Source: Candidatus Cloacimonadota bacterium (GTDB lineage: Bacteria > Cloacimonadota > Cloacimonadia > JGIOTU-2). From it: DNA of 64,000 nt. The translations under genes and the position numbers were made by a program. The notes under the pieces are model-generated. The model had not been told where the DNA came from, searched no databases, and was given only the letters and a program-made list of their open reading frames with translations. This document shows positions 40,278 through 49,979 of the stretch, piece after piece (within the stretch, counting starts at the first letter, position 1; each line of letters starts with the position of its first letter). The stretch lies in the NCBI GenBank assembly GCA_034722995.1, contig JAYEOL010000008.1, positions 9,975-73,974 on the forward strand, given 5' to 3'.

Positions 40278-41183
40278 TTATGAAGTTAATGCTCCTAAAA
40301 GAATTGAGTAGTATTTTGAATCATCACTATCAGCACGAGAAGTCAAAATACAAGGTACTTTCGTTCCTGCAACAATTGCAGCTAACTCACCTTTTGCGAG
40401 ATAAGTTAAAGTTTTATAAACCATATTTCCAGCTTCAATATTTGGGAAAATAAATATATCGGCATCGCCAGCAACTTCACTCTTCACCCCTTTAATCCTT
40501 ACACTTTCTTTTGAGATTGCTAAATCCATCGCTAAAGGTCCATCAATAAAAATATCTTTAAATTGTTTTCTGTCTTGCATTTTTGCGAGTATTGCCGCAT
40601 CAAGTGTACACGGCATCTTTGGATTTACTTTTTCAACAGCTGCAAGAATAGCAACCTTAGGTTTCTGAATACCAAGTGCATTAGCTACTTGCTTGGAATA
40701 TTCTATCATTTTTATCTTTTGAGAAAGATCTGGATATGGGATAACAGCAACATCAGAAAGAATCATCAATTTATGATAAGCTGGCAACTCTACAACAGTT
40801 ACATGTGATAACACTCCTTTAGGCGGCAATAATCCTTTCTTTTTATCTAAAATACCTCTCATATAAGCAGCAGACCCACAAAGTCCTTTCATAAGAAAAT
40901 CAGCTTTGCCATCATGAATAATTTGAATTGCCTTTTCAATTCCCTCTTTTTCTGAATGGACATCAATAATTTTCATTTGTACAATATCTACATTTTTTTC
41001 TTTTGCTACCTCCTTAATCTTTTCTTTTTGACCAGTAACAACCACATTAATGAAGCCATTATTTAATGCTCTGCCTATTGCACCAATAGTATGCGGGTCT
41101 TGAGCCATAACAACGGATAAGGTCTTCTTCTCTCTAATATCTAATAAATTCTCAATATCTTTTAAATGACGAATTGGTTTCAC
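40278..41183 (-). CDS. ptb: phosphate acyltransferase (phosphate butyryl/acetyltransferase family)
   Basis: 301-aa Pta/Ptb-fold protein (AILAAVEKVNPKMP ... SRADSDDSK). Confidence 0.65.
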   Translation of the reverse strand: MKPIRHLKDIENLLDIREKKTLSVVMAQDPHTIGAIGRALNNGFINVVVTGQKEKIKEVAKEKNVDIVQMKIIDVHSEKEGIEKAIQIIHDGKADFLMKGLCGSAAYMRGILDKKKGLLPPKGVLSHVTVVELPAYHKLMILSDVAVIPYPDLSQKIKMIEYSKQVANALGIQKPKVAILAAVEKVNPKMPCTLDAAILAKMQDRKQFKDIFIDGPLAMDLAISKESVRIKGVKSEVAGDADIFIFPNIEAGNMVYKTLTYLAKGELAAIVAGTKVPCILTSRADSDDSKYYSILLGALTS

Positions 41184-41344
41184 ACTTCCTCCGTAATATT
41201 AGTTAATAGTGATTTTCTTTAGATAGTATTTATTTGCTGTCAAGAATTTCCATAATAACATTAAATTTTTCACAGATTACTTTATTAATATAAATTCAAA
41301 TTACTTGACACTACATTAGTAAAATTAGTCAAAAAAGATTCTAT

Positions 41345-41419
41345 GGCCCCATCGTCTAGGGGTTAGGACGCCGGATTCTCATTCCGGTAACAGGGGTTCG
41401 ATTCCCCTTGGGGCTACCA
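41345..41419 (+). tRNA. tRNA-Glu (anticodon CUC), with encoded CCA
   Basis: Cloverleaf built by hand. 7-bp acceptor stem (with a G1-U72 pair), D-arm GTCTAGGGGTTAGGAC, anticodon stem CCGGA/TCCGG with loop TTCTCAT, T-arm GGGGTTCGATTCCCC, then CCA. Confidence 0.75.
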
Positions 41420-41689
41420 CTCTTATTCAACCTATTATTTCCTCTTTTTAATCCATATAGGCTTCCGATATATCGGGAGACTGATATTTCAGTAATTTTC
41501 TACTTGATATATTACTCTATTACCTAAAATTTTGTTTATTCAGTTTATTGAACATTTCAATACGCTTCGCCATCAATAATCTTGACAATTTCATATTTCT
41601 TTTACCTTTTAACCATAAAGAAATAATATTATAAATATGTTTAATTCCGTCAATATAATCATGCATTATAGGGCAACTGGTAAGAAACT

Positions 41690-42991
41690 ATGCAAAAAAT
41701 TTTGATAGTTGGGGGAGGTGGTAGAGAACACTCCCTTGGTTGGAAACTATCTCAAAGCAAAGAAATTTCCGAAGTTTTATATGCTCCAGGAAACGCAGGA
41801 ACTAAAGAGGAAAAAGGAAGAAACATACCAATTAATAGCACAAAAAAAGAAAATTTTCCTGCATTATTAGACTTAATTAAATCCGAAAATATTGATTTGA
41901 CTCTTATTGGTCCTGAAGCACCATTAGCAGATGGCTTGGTGAATTACCTAAACTCTTCAGGTTATAACAGGGTGTTTGGACCTACGAAAGAAGCAACAAG
42001 GCTAGAATCAGATAAGTTCTTTTCTTGCGATTTGATGAAAAAGCTCAATATACCACAAGCAGAATCTATTAAATGCTATTCTACGGATGAAGCAATAAAA
42101 GCAATACACAAACTTTCTACTAAAGAAGGCATTGTCTTAAAGGCTCGTGGTCTTACTGGTGGGAAAGGTGTTATCGTATGTGATTCAAAAAAGCAAGCAC
42201 TCGCAAATATAGTTAATCACACGAAAAAATATGGAGAAGATGTTTTAATTGCTGAAAGATTATTCGGAGAAGAGTTTTCTGTTTTTGGAATCTCAGATGG
42301 GAAAAAAGTATTGCCACTGGAAATTTCTATCCAGGACCATAAACCATTATTAGATGAAGATAAGGGACCCAATACAGGCGGTATGGGTGCTTATGCTCCA
42401 GCACCTGTTGCTAATGTTGATATGGTTAAGTATATTGCAGAAAATATTATGACACCGATTGTTCAAAAAATGGCAAATGATGGTGTGCCATATAAAGGGC
42501 TTTTGTATGGCGGAATGATAATGACAAACGAAGGCCCAAAAGTTCTTGAATTTAATGTTCGTTTTGGTGACCCAGAATCTCAACCTGCAATGATGATGAT
42601 TAAAAGCAATTTATATGAGGTACTGTCTTTAGCTTTAGAAGGCAAACTATATGATGCAAATATAGAATTTAAGCCAGGAGCATCCTGCTGTGTTGTGATA
42701 GCATCAAAAGGTTACCCTAAAAAATACAAAAAAGGCTTCACAATACATGGATTAAAGGCAGCAAACAGTATCAAAAATGTAAAAGTATTTCATGCAGGAA
42801 CGAAAGCATATCAAGGCTCTATTTTAACAGCTGGCGGGAGAATACTTGGAGTGACTAGTTATTCACCAAAAGGAATTAAAGAAGCACAAAAAATAGCATA
42901 CAAAGCAGTCTCAAAAATAAATATTGAAGGTGGATTTTACTATAGAAAAGATATAGCTGATAAGGCACTAAAATATGATAAAGATAATTGA
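41690..42991 (+). CDS. purD: phosphoribosylamine--glycine ligase
   Basis: ILIVGGGGREHSLGWKL and the ATP-grasp region. Confidence 0.85.
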   Translation: MQKILIVGGGGREHSLGWKLSQSKEISEVLYAPGNAGTKEEKGRNIPINSTKKENFPALLDLIKSENIDLTLIGPEAPLADGLVNYLNSSGYNRVFGPTKEATRLESDKFFSCDLMKKLNIPQAESIKCYSTDEAIKAIHKLSTKEGIVLKARGLTGGKGVIVCDSKKQALANIVNHTKKYGEDVLIAERLFGEEFSVFGISDGKKVLPLEISIQDHKPLLDEDKGPNTGGMGAYAPAPVANVDMVKYIAENIMTPIVQKMANDGVPYKGLLYGGMIMTNEGPKVLEFNVRFGDPESQPAMMMIKSNLYEVLSLALEGKLYDANIEFKPGASCCVVIASKGYPKKYKKGFTIHGLKAANSIKNVKVFHAGTKAYQGSILTAGGRILGVTSYSPKGIKEAQKIAYKAVSKINIEGGFYYRKDIADKALKYDKDN

Positions 42992-44489
42992 TTGTGGAAG
43001 CCAATTAACACAGAATATTGCTAGACGTATCCGTGAATTAGGTGTTTTTACAGAGATTGTGCCATTCCACACTAAACCAGACAAAGTCTTAACTAAAGGC
43101 CTGGAAGGAATTATCATTTCTGGGGGACAGTTTAGTGTTTACGATGAAAATTCTCCACTTTACTCAAAAGATATTCTCAATTCTGATATGCCCATACTTG
43201 GAATCTGCTATGGTCAACAATCCATTGCACACATTTTAGGAGGAAAAGTAAGACAGGCAGTTAATAGAGAATACGGAGAAACAAAAGTTAGTATAGTAAA
43301 AACAAGTCCTCTTTTTAAGGGCATTCCTAAAAACTTCAAAGTATGGATGAGTCATGGGGATGTTGTAAAAGAAGTGCCAAAAGATTTTAAGATTATTGCA
43401 GAGTCTCAAAACAAAGAAATTGCAGCTATGCAGAAGGGAAATATTTACTCTGTCCAATTTCACCCAGAAGTAGACCACACAGAACATGGAAGAAAGATTT
43501 TAGATAATTTTCTAACAATTTGCAATGCGGCAAGAACCTGGGACCCAACAAAAGAATACAATAAAATAATCAAAGAAACTAAAGGAAAAACAAAAGGAAA
43601 AACCGGGGTCGGTGGTATCAGCGGTGGCGTAGATTCAACGACCCTCTCTGTTTTACTTAATAAAATCGCTGGCAAAAATTATTATCCAATATTCATTGAT
43701 AATGGACTGTTGAGACTAAACGAGTTAGCAGAAGTAAAATCAATCTTGAATGAATTTAATTTAAATGTAATTTATATAGATTCAAGAAAAAAATTCCTGA
43801 AAAAATTAAAGGGTATCACTAATCCAGATGAAAAAAGAAAAATTATTGGCAATGAATTTATCAAAATTTTTGAAGAAGAAGCAAAAAAACTTGATGCAGA
43901 ATATCTTGCCCAGGGCACTCTTTACCCGGATGTGATTGAAAGTGTCCCACTATATGGCTCATCATCAATAATAAAAAGACACCATAATGTGGGAGGCCTT
44001 CCAGAAAAAATGAACCTAAAAATTATTGAGCCTTTCAAAAATTTATTCAAAGATGAAGTAAGAAAAATAGCAAAACAAAAATTAGGATTACCAAAAAAAC
44101 TTGTTTATAGACATCCATTTCCTGGCCCTGGTTTAGGAGTAAGAATTATTGGAGAAATAACCAAAGAGAAGTTAATGACTCTAAAAAAAGTAGACTCAAT
44201 CTTTATTGAAGAACTAAAGAAAAGAAATATTTACAATAGCATAAGTCAGGCATTTGCTATCCTAACAAGCACGCAGTCTGTTGGTGTTATGGGAGATGAA
44301 CACACATATAAAAAAATTATTGCACTAAGAGCAGTAACAACAAAAGACTTTATGACTGCTGATTGGTATGACTTTAATAAGAAAGATTTAACAGCAATTG
44401 CCAATAGAATTATAAATGAAGTTGATGGCATCAACAGGGTTGTTTATGACATAACACAAAAACCACCAAGTACAATAGAGTGGGAATAA
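42975..44489 (+). CDS. guaA: GMP synthase (glutamine-hydrolysing)
   Basis: N-terminal GATase (ILGICYGQQ), PP-loop GGISGGVDST, and C-terminal GMP synthase dimerisation domain ending TIEWE. Confidence 0.85.
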   Translation: MIKIIDCGSQLTQNIARRIRELGVFTEIVPFHTKPDKVLTKGLEGIIISGGQFSVYDENSPLYSKDILNSDMPILGICYGQQSIAHILGGKVRQAVNREYGETKVSIVKTSPLFKGIPKNFKVWMSHGDVVKEVPKDFKIIAESQNKEIAAMQKGNIYSVQFHPEVDHTEHGRKILDNFLTICNAARTWDPTKEYNKIIKETKGKTKGKTGVGGISGGVDSTTLSVLLNKIAGKNYYPIFIDNGLLRLNELAEVKSILNEFNLNVIYIDSRKKFLKKLKGITNPDEKRKIIGNEFIKIFEEEAKKLDAEYLAQGTLYPDVIESVPLYGSSSIIKRHHNVGGLPEKMNLKIIEPFKNLFKDEVRKIAKQKLGLPKKLVYRHPFPGPGLGVRIIGEITKEKLMTLKKVDSIFIEELKKRNIYNSISQAFAILTSTQSVGVMGDEHTYKKIIALRAVTTKDFMTADWYDFNKKDLTAIANRIINEVDGINRVVYDITQKPPSTIEWE

Positions 44490-45268
44490 AGATGCAACTA
44501 AAAAAACTATACAATCCAACAGAAGGACAAATGAGAGTAGCTGCTTTAATGTCTGGTACAGGAACGAATTTAGTAAAAATCATTGAGCATGAAAAAAAAT
44601 TAAATAAAGAAAGGGAAAAATCCCCGTATCATATAGTAGTTATCTTTAGTGATACTTTTGACAGCAATGCAACAAGGATTGGCAAAGACTATGACATTCC
44701 TGTCATAACTCATGATATTAAGGGATTTTATTCTGCAAAAAACAAACCAAGAACAGATTTAGAAACAAGAGTTAATTTTGACAATGAAACAGTTAAAGCT
44801 TTATCTCCTTATAACATAAAAGCTGCGGTCTATGCTGGATACATGAGTATTGTAACCAAACCATTAATCAATGCATTTCTTGGAATCAATGTTCATCCTG
44901 CTGATTTGTCTATAATACAAGGAAATAAAAAAAAATATTCAGGGGCTCATGCTATAAGAAAAGCGATTCTTGCTGGTGAAAAATATCTTAAATCAACAAC
45001 CCATATAATAGAACCAAGAGTTGATTACGGAAAAATTCTAATGATATCACAACCGCTAAAAGTAGAATTAGGAGATAATTTTGACCCAAATGACAAAGCC
45101 ATTGTAAAAAAAGTTGAATATGAAAACCAGGAACGTCTTAAAAAGGCAGGCGATTGGATAATTTTTCCTAAAACTCTGCAATATATTGCAGAAGGAAGAT
45201 ACTCAAAAGATAAAACGGGCCACTTATACTTTGATGAAAAGCCAATTCCTAATGGATTAAAAATATAA
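44480..45268 (+). CDS. purN: phosphoribosylglycinamide formyltransferase (formyl_trans_N family, extended)
   Basis: AALMSGTGTNL and GINVHPADLS...THIIEPRVDYGKIL match PurN folate-binding/catalytic H-D motifs. 262 aa, with insertions. Confidence 0.55.
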   Translation: MGIKMQLKKLYNPTEGQMRVAALMSGTGTNLVKIIEHEKKLNKEREKSPYHIVVIFSDTFDSNATRIGKDYDIPVITHDIKGFYSAKNKPRTDLETRVNFDNETVKALSPYNIKAAVYAGYMSIVTKPLINAFLGINVHPADLSIIQGNKKKYSGAHAIRKAILAGEKYLKSTTHIIEPRVDYGKILMISQPLKVELGDNFDPNDKAIVKKVEYENQERLKKAGDWIIFPKTLQYIAEGRYSKDKTGHLYFDEKPIPNGLKI

Positions 45269-45272
45269 TAAA

Positions 45273-46433
45273 ATGGTAAAACAAAACATAGATGATTATG
45301 AACAATTAGAAAAAATAGCCATTCAGCAAGGCAAAAAAGCACTTTCAAAATCTCCTAACTTATTTGACAGAACAAAAACCAAAAAAGGATTTTTCTTTGA
45401 ATTAAAAGAAAACAATACTGTCCACCCAAACTACTACGCTATACATTGTGTGGATGGTGTTGGCACAAAACTATTTTTGAGTGCATGGTCTGATAATTAT
45501 TCCTTGCAGCCAATTGATGCTATTGCAATGAACGCTAATGACATGGCTACAGCCATCCATTCATTCCCAGATACTATTGATTTATATCTTGCTGTTCAAA
45601 CTAATGTAGAGAAAAAGCACATGAATGAAATTATGCAAGGCTTTGTAGCTGCAATTGAAAAAATCCGAATTCCAGATGCACCGTTTAACCCAAATATTGG
45701 GAAAATAGAAACAGCATCACTTGATGAAATAATCTCTTTAGGTATCCCGGGTAAGGGATGGGATGTGGGTGTTGTAATGACCGGCTATATTAAAAAAAAC
45801 AAAGTTCCAAACTTAAACCCAAAACCGGGAAACATAATTGTTGGCGTTTCATCAACAGGTCTTCACAGTAATGGTTACACATTAGCAAGACATGCACTCT
45901 TTACCCGAGATGTTGAATACAGAGATGAGTGGAAAAATCAGTATAAAGGAAGATTTCATTTTAATGATAAACCATCTGTCTTGGAAGGAAAAACAGTTAT
46001 TGAAGCTCTGCAAGTTCCAACAGCTATATATCTAAAGGAGGCTGCGTTAATAGGCCGAAAATTTAATAGCAGAGATATCTATGGAATAAATATTACTGGA
46101 AATGGGCTTGCTAACTTTAATCGCGCTGGTCAAAATGTTTCATTTAATATTACAGACCCCTTAGAACCTTTACCTATCCATAAATTATTAATAGAAGAAT
46201 CAAAATTAAGACCTAAACAAGCATATACAAAACAGAACATGGGTATGGGTTTTGCCTACATAACTCCGGACCTGAAAACAGCTGAAAGTATTGTAAATTT
46301 AATCAATGAGAATAAAGAAAACAAGGCTAAGATCATTGGTGAAGTGGGAAAAAACAATAACAAGGAATTACGAACAACAATATACCACCCATATAAAGGT
46401 AAGCCATTAGATTTTATAGGCTATAACAACTAA
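45273..46433 (+). CDS. purM: AIR synthase-related protein (PurM-like)
   Basis: HCVDGVGTKL motif of the PurM superfamily. Position in the pur operon between purN and purE. Confidence 0.5.
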   Translation: MVKQNIDDYEQLEKIAIQQGKKALSKSPNLFDRTKTKKGFFFELKENNTVHPNYYAIHCVDGVGTKLFLSAWSDNYSLQPIDAIAMNANDMATAIHSFPDTIDLYLAVQTNVEKKHMNEIMQGFVAAIEKIRIPDAPFNPNIGKIETASLDEIISLGIPGKGWDVGVVMTGYIKKNKVPNLNPKPGNIIVGVSSTGLHSNGYTLARHALFTRDVEYRDEWKNQYKGRFHFNDKPSVLEGKTVIEALQVPTAIYLKEAALIGRKFNSRDIYGINITGNGLANFNRAGQNVSFNITDPLEPLPIHKLLIEESKLRPKQAYTKQNMGMGFAYITPDLKTAESIVNLINENKENKAKIIGEVGKNNNKELRTTIYHPYKGKPLDFIGYNN

Positions 46434-46472
46434 AATATAACTAAGGTAAAAAAATAATAATTAAAATAAAAA

Positions 46473-46988
46473 ATGATAGACAAAAAATTCAAGGAAATAA
46501 TACAGTCAAATACCGGTTGTACTGTAGTTTTAGCAGGTTCCAGCAGTGACAAAAAACAGATTGATAAAGTTGTTGAGTCGTTAGATAAATATGAAATCCC
46601 CTATCAAGTAAGAATCTGTTCGGCACATAAACAGCCAATTAAACTGATGGAAATAATCAAGGAATATAATCAAATTGAAGGTTCAATTTCTTATGTTGCT
46701 ATTGCTGGAGGAACAGACGCATTATCAGGAATATTATCTTATCATACCTTAGGTCCAGTCATAAGCTGCCCACCAGATGCGCTAAACCAAAGCTGCTTAA
46801 CAAATCCCCCTGGAAGTTCTAATGTATATATTTCTAAACCAGGTAATGTTGGAAAGTTTATAGCTCAGATGTATTCAGGAATAAATCCAAAATTCAAGAA
46901 ACTATTAAAACAAAATAATGCAAAAAAAGTTAACTCTCTCGAAGAATCTGATATTAATTTCCAAAGAATGTATGAAAAAAATGAATAA
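46473..46988 (+). CDS. purE: PurE; the SAHK motif suggests class II AIR carboxylase
   Basis: VVLAGSSSDKKQ and RICSAHKQP (SAHK rather than SAHR). No purK in the operon. Confidence 0.65.
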   Translation: MIDKKFKEIIQSNTGCTVVLAGSSSDKKQIDKVVESLDKYEIPYQVRICSAHKQPIKLMEIIKEYNQIEGSISYVAIAGGTDALSGILSYHTLGPVISCPPDALNQSCLTNPPGSSNVYISKPGNVGKFIAQMYSGINPKFKKLLKQNNAKKVNSLEESDINFQRMYEKNE

Positions 46989-48003
46989 AAACATAATTCA
47001 AAATGTAAGATTATTGAAAGAAACCAATATTAAGGGATTAAAAAATAGGTATAAGGGGAAAGTAAGAGACAACTACTTTACAGATGGGAATATGATTATG
47101 ATAGCGACAGACAGAATATCTGCCTTTGACCATATATTAAGCCGACAAATACCATTTAAGGGCCAAGTTCTTACATCTATAATGAAGCAACAAGCAGATA
47201 GTATCTGTGATATTATACCACATAATTACTTTGATATGCCTGACCCCCAGGTTTTAGTGGTCAGGAACTGTAAGCCATATAATATAGAATTGGTAGTAAG
47301 AGGCTATATCACAGGGGGTCTATGGAGGGACTATAAAGGCAAAGGACCAATAAAAACAGGAAATCAATATGGTATCACCTTGCCTTTTAGCATGAAAGAA
47401 AACCAAAAATTTGCTCAGCCAATTATTACACCTACAACAAAAAGTAAGGAAGATATTCCAGTATCAAGAAAGGAAATAATAAGCAAGATTTTGTTAAGAG
47501 ACCTAAAAAAAATTGGGAAAAAACAAGGACCAAATCCTTTTTATATCCCTCATCAAGAATATGATTATATAGTTGAAAAAGCTCTTGAAATTTTTAAAAG
47601 AGGACAGCAATTAGCTTTAGAAAAGAATCTTATTCTTGTTGATACAAAATATGAATTTGGTTCTATCAACAACAAGCTTTACATTATTGATGAAGTGCAC
47701 ACTCCAGACTCTTCAAGATTTTGGTATGCAGATAGATATGATTTCTTATTTAAAAGAGGAAAGAAACAAAAAGCATTGTCAAAAGAATTTGTAAGAGAAT
47801 GGTTAATTAAGCAAGGCTATGATGAAACTATCGGTGCATCTTCTTTAACTGACTTAACAAAAGAAATGATTAATGAAACTTTATTAAGATACATAAATCT
47901 TTACGAAAAATTAACAGGGAAAGATTTTATTCCTGGAGATATGAGTATGCCTCTTGAAAAAAGAATTACTAATAATCTTAGAATAGCAGGTTATTTAAAA
48001 TGA
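46972..48003 (+). CDS. purC: SAICAR synthetase
   Basis: LYKGKVRDNYF, MIATDRISAFD and VDTKYEFG motifs. Start chosen at the Met near the purE stop; the ORF is open from 46918. Confidence 0.8.
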   Translation: MKKMNKNIIQNVRLLKETNIKGLKNRYKGKVRDNYFTDGNMIMIATDRISAFDHILSRQIPFKGQVLTSIMKQQADSICDIIPHNYFDMPDPQVLVVRNCKPYNIELVVRGYITGGLWRDYKGKGPIKTGNQYGITLPFSMKENQKFAQPIITPTTKSKEDIPVSRKEIISKILLRDLKKIGKKQGPNPFYIPHQEYDYIVEKALEIFKRGQQLALEKNLILVDTKYEFGSINNKLYIIDEVHTPDSSRFWYADRYDFLFKRGKKQKALSKEFVREWLIKQGYDETIGASSLTDLTKEMINETLLRYINLYEKLTGKDFIPGDMSMPLEKRITNNLRIAGYLK

Positions 48004-48806
48004 AAGACGATTTAAGTGCATTAGAAAATATGGTTTATAGTGGAAGGGGGATAATTATAGGTGTTACCCCTTCTGGAAATACATTTATAAGTTATTTCTT
48101 AACTGGAAGAAGCCATTCAAGCCGCGCAAGAAAATTAGTGCAGCAACAAAAAACAAAAATAATAAGAACAGAGGTCACAGACAAACAACAATTAAAACAG
48201 GGTGATTTAACTTTGTTATTATACCCAGCTATTATTCCAATAAGAAATACATTAATCGCCGGCAATGGCGCCCAAACACAACTCCTTTATTCTAAAATTA
48301 AAAATTCAATGGATAAAATGACTGACAATATCTTTTCTCTTTCTGATATTATGAAAAAAGCATTCAGCGAGCCGTTTTTTGTTTATGACAAAAAAAATGA
48401 CAAGATGATAGACCTAACAAATTATGAGCCAGACCCACCAAATAATACTCCAAGAATAACAGCAGCAGTTTGTGGCTGGAACGGAACTATGCATATTACC
48501 CGTTGTGAAAATACAAGAAAAAATTCAGAAACACACGAAATAATATTGAGTTCTGGCAAAGGGAACTTAATAACCACATATAAAGGCGACAATGAAGAGC
48601 CGCTTAAGCCATTTATGGGAAAACCATTAGATGTTATAATTAATTCTGAAACAGCTGATAACCTTGCAGAAAATATTTATTCAGCAATATGTAGCAGAAA
48701 AAAACAAAGAAATGATTATATGATAGGTGTTGCTGTAATGTTACAAAACAAAAAAACAAAAGGTTTAGAAACGAAAATAATCAATAAAATTGAGAAGGGG
48801 AAATAA
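48000..48806 (+). CDS. purO: IMP cyclohydrolase, archaeal PurO type
   Basis: N-terminal GRGIIIGVTPSGNTFISYFLTGRSHSSRARKL resembles the PurO family signature (GRF..VG.......Y.VSSRSFPNR). Translationally coupled between purC and purH. Confidence 0.5.
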   Translation: MKDDLSALENMVYSGRGIIIGVTPSGNTFISYFLTGRSHSSRARKLVQQQKTKIIRTEVTDKQQLKQGDLTLLLYPAIIPIRNTLIAGNGAQTQLLYSKIKNSMDKMTDNIFSLSDIMKKAFSEPFFVYDKKNDKMIDLTNYEPDPPNNTPRITAAVCGWNGTMHITRCENTRKNSETHEIILSSGKGNLITTYKGDNEEPLKPFMGKPLDVIINSETADNLAENIYSAICSRKKQRNDYMIGVAVMLQNKKTKGLETKIINKIEKGK

Positions 48807-49950
48807 AATGAGTAAGAAAATTCAGTTAGGCAGATATGGCGAAAATCCTCATCAAACTGCATGGAAAGAAATTGATGAATCATATGATGGACCGAATGTT
48901 TTAACAAAAATTTTACATGGAAAACCGTTAAGTTATAATAATCTACTTGATGCAAACACAGCATTAGAGGTAATGTTAGATTTTCCAAGAGAGCCTGCAG
49001 CGGTTGTAGTGAAACATCAGAACCCTTGTGGATTGGCAACCGGTTATGACTTAAAAGAAGCCTTTAAGAATGCCTGGTTTGGTGATGAAGTTAGTGCATT
49101 CGGTTCTGTTGTCGGTTATTCACAAAAAGTAGATCAAGATGTAGTAAAACTATTAACTAACAAATTTGTAGAAGTGTTAGTTGCACCTGATTATGATGAA
49201 TCTGCTTTAACCTGGATTAAGAGAAAGAAATCTAAAAAAAACCTTCGGGTTATTCCAACCGGGAACTTAGAAAACCCACCGAATTTTATAGAAAAACATT
49301 ATATCAGAGGTGGCGTAATTTCTCAAACACAGAATAATAAAATTTGTCTTGGTGATAAAATTGAGGATATTCTAACAAAACCCAAACTCAGAACCGAGCC
49401 AAAAACTGGAACTAAATATAAAATAGGATGTGTAACCAAAAAAAAATTTAAAAATAATATGGAAAACCTTGTAAGATTTGCGATTATTGCAGGGAAACAT
49501 GTTAAATCAAATGCAATTATTTTAGCATATGAGTACCAAACCGGAAAGTGTAGATTATTAGGCATAGGGGCGGGTCAACCAAACAGGAAAGATTCTGTAG
49601 AAAAATTAGTAATTCCAAAAGCAAAAGAAAATTTGATGAGACAATACTTTAGAGAACAAAGTTTGGATTATATTATAACTATGGATAGAATAATTCATGA
49701 CAAAGAATGTGAAAATAAAATATCAAAAGAAATTGAAGCATATACAAAAAATATTTTATCCTCGGAAAAGATGGTTTTATTTTCTGATGCCTTTTTCCCT
49801 TTTAGAGATGGTTTAGTTGCTGCGGCACAATCAGGCATTAGATATATTGTTCAACCAGGAGGCTCAAAAATGGATGAAAGTATTATTAAAGCTGCAAACG
49901 AATATGGATTAGCTATGAGTTTCACTGGCATCCGCCATTTCCGACATTGA
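48790..49950 (+). CDS. purH: AICAR transformylase (PurH AICARFT domain only, no MGS-like cyclohydrolase domain)
   Basis: LSYNNLLDANTALE and VVKHQNPCG. Motifs of the PurH C-terminal AICARFT domain. 386 aa. Confidence 0.7.
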   Translation: MRRGNKMSKKIQLGRYGENPHQTAWKEIDESYDGPNVLTKILHGKPLSYNNLLDANTALEVMLDFPREPAAVVVKHQNPCGLATGYDLKEAFKNAWFGDEVSAFGSVVGYSQKVDQDVVKLLTNKFVEVLVAPDYDESALTWIKRKKSKKNLRVIPTGNLENPPNFIEKHYIRGGVISQTQNNKICLGDKIEDILTKPKLRTEPKTGTKYKIGCVTKKKFKNNMENLVRFAIIAGKHVKSNAIILAYEYQTGKCRLLGIGAGQPNRKDSVEKLVIPKAKENLMRQYFREQSLDYIITMDRIIHDKECENKISKEIEAYTKNILSSEKMVLFSDAFFPFRDGLVAAAQSGIRYIVQPGGSKMDESIIKAANEYGLAMSFTGIRHFRH

Positions 49951-49979
49951 AAATTTATCAGGAAGGAATATAGCAAAAA

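Noticed and set aside
41420-41689. Possible purine or ZTP riboswitch upstream of purD
   Set aside because: No GTTTCTACC/ACCGTAAAT (purine) or GGGTCGTGA...CCGGGC (ZTP) cores are found. The region holds only a REP-like hairpin and AT-rich sequence.
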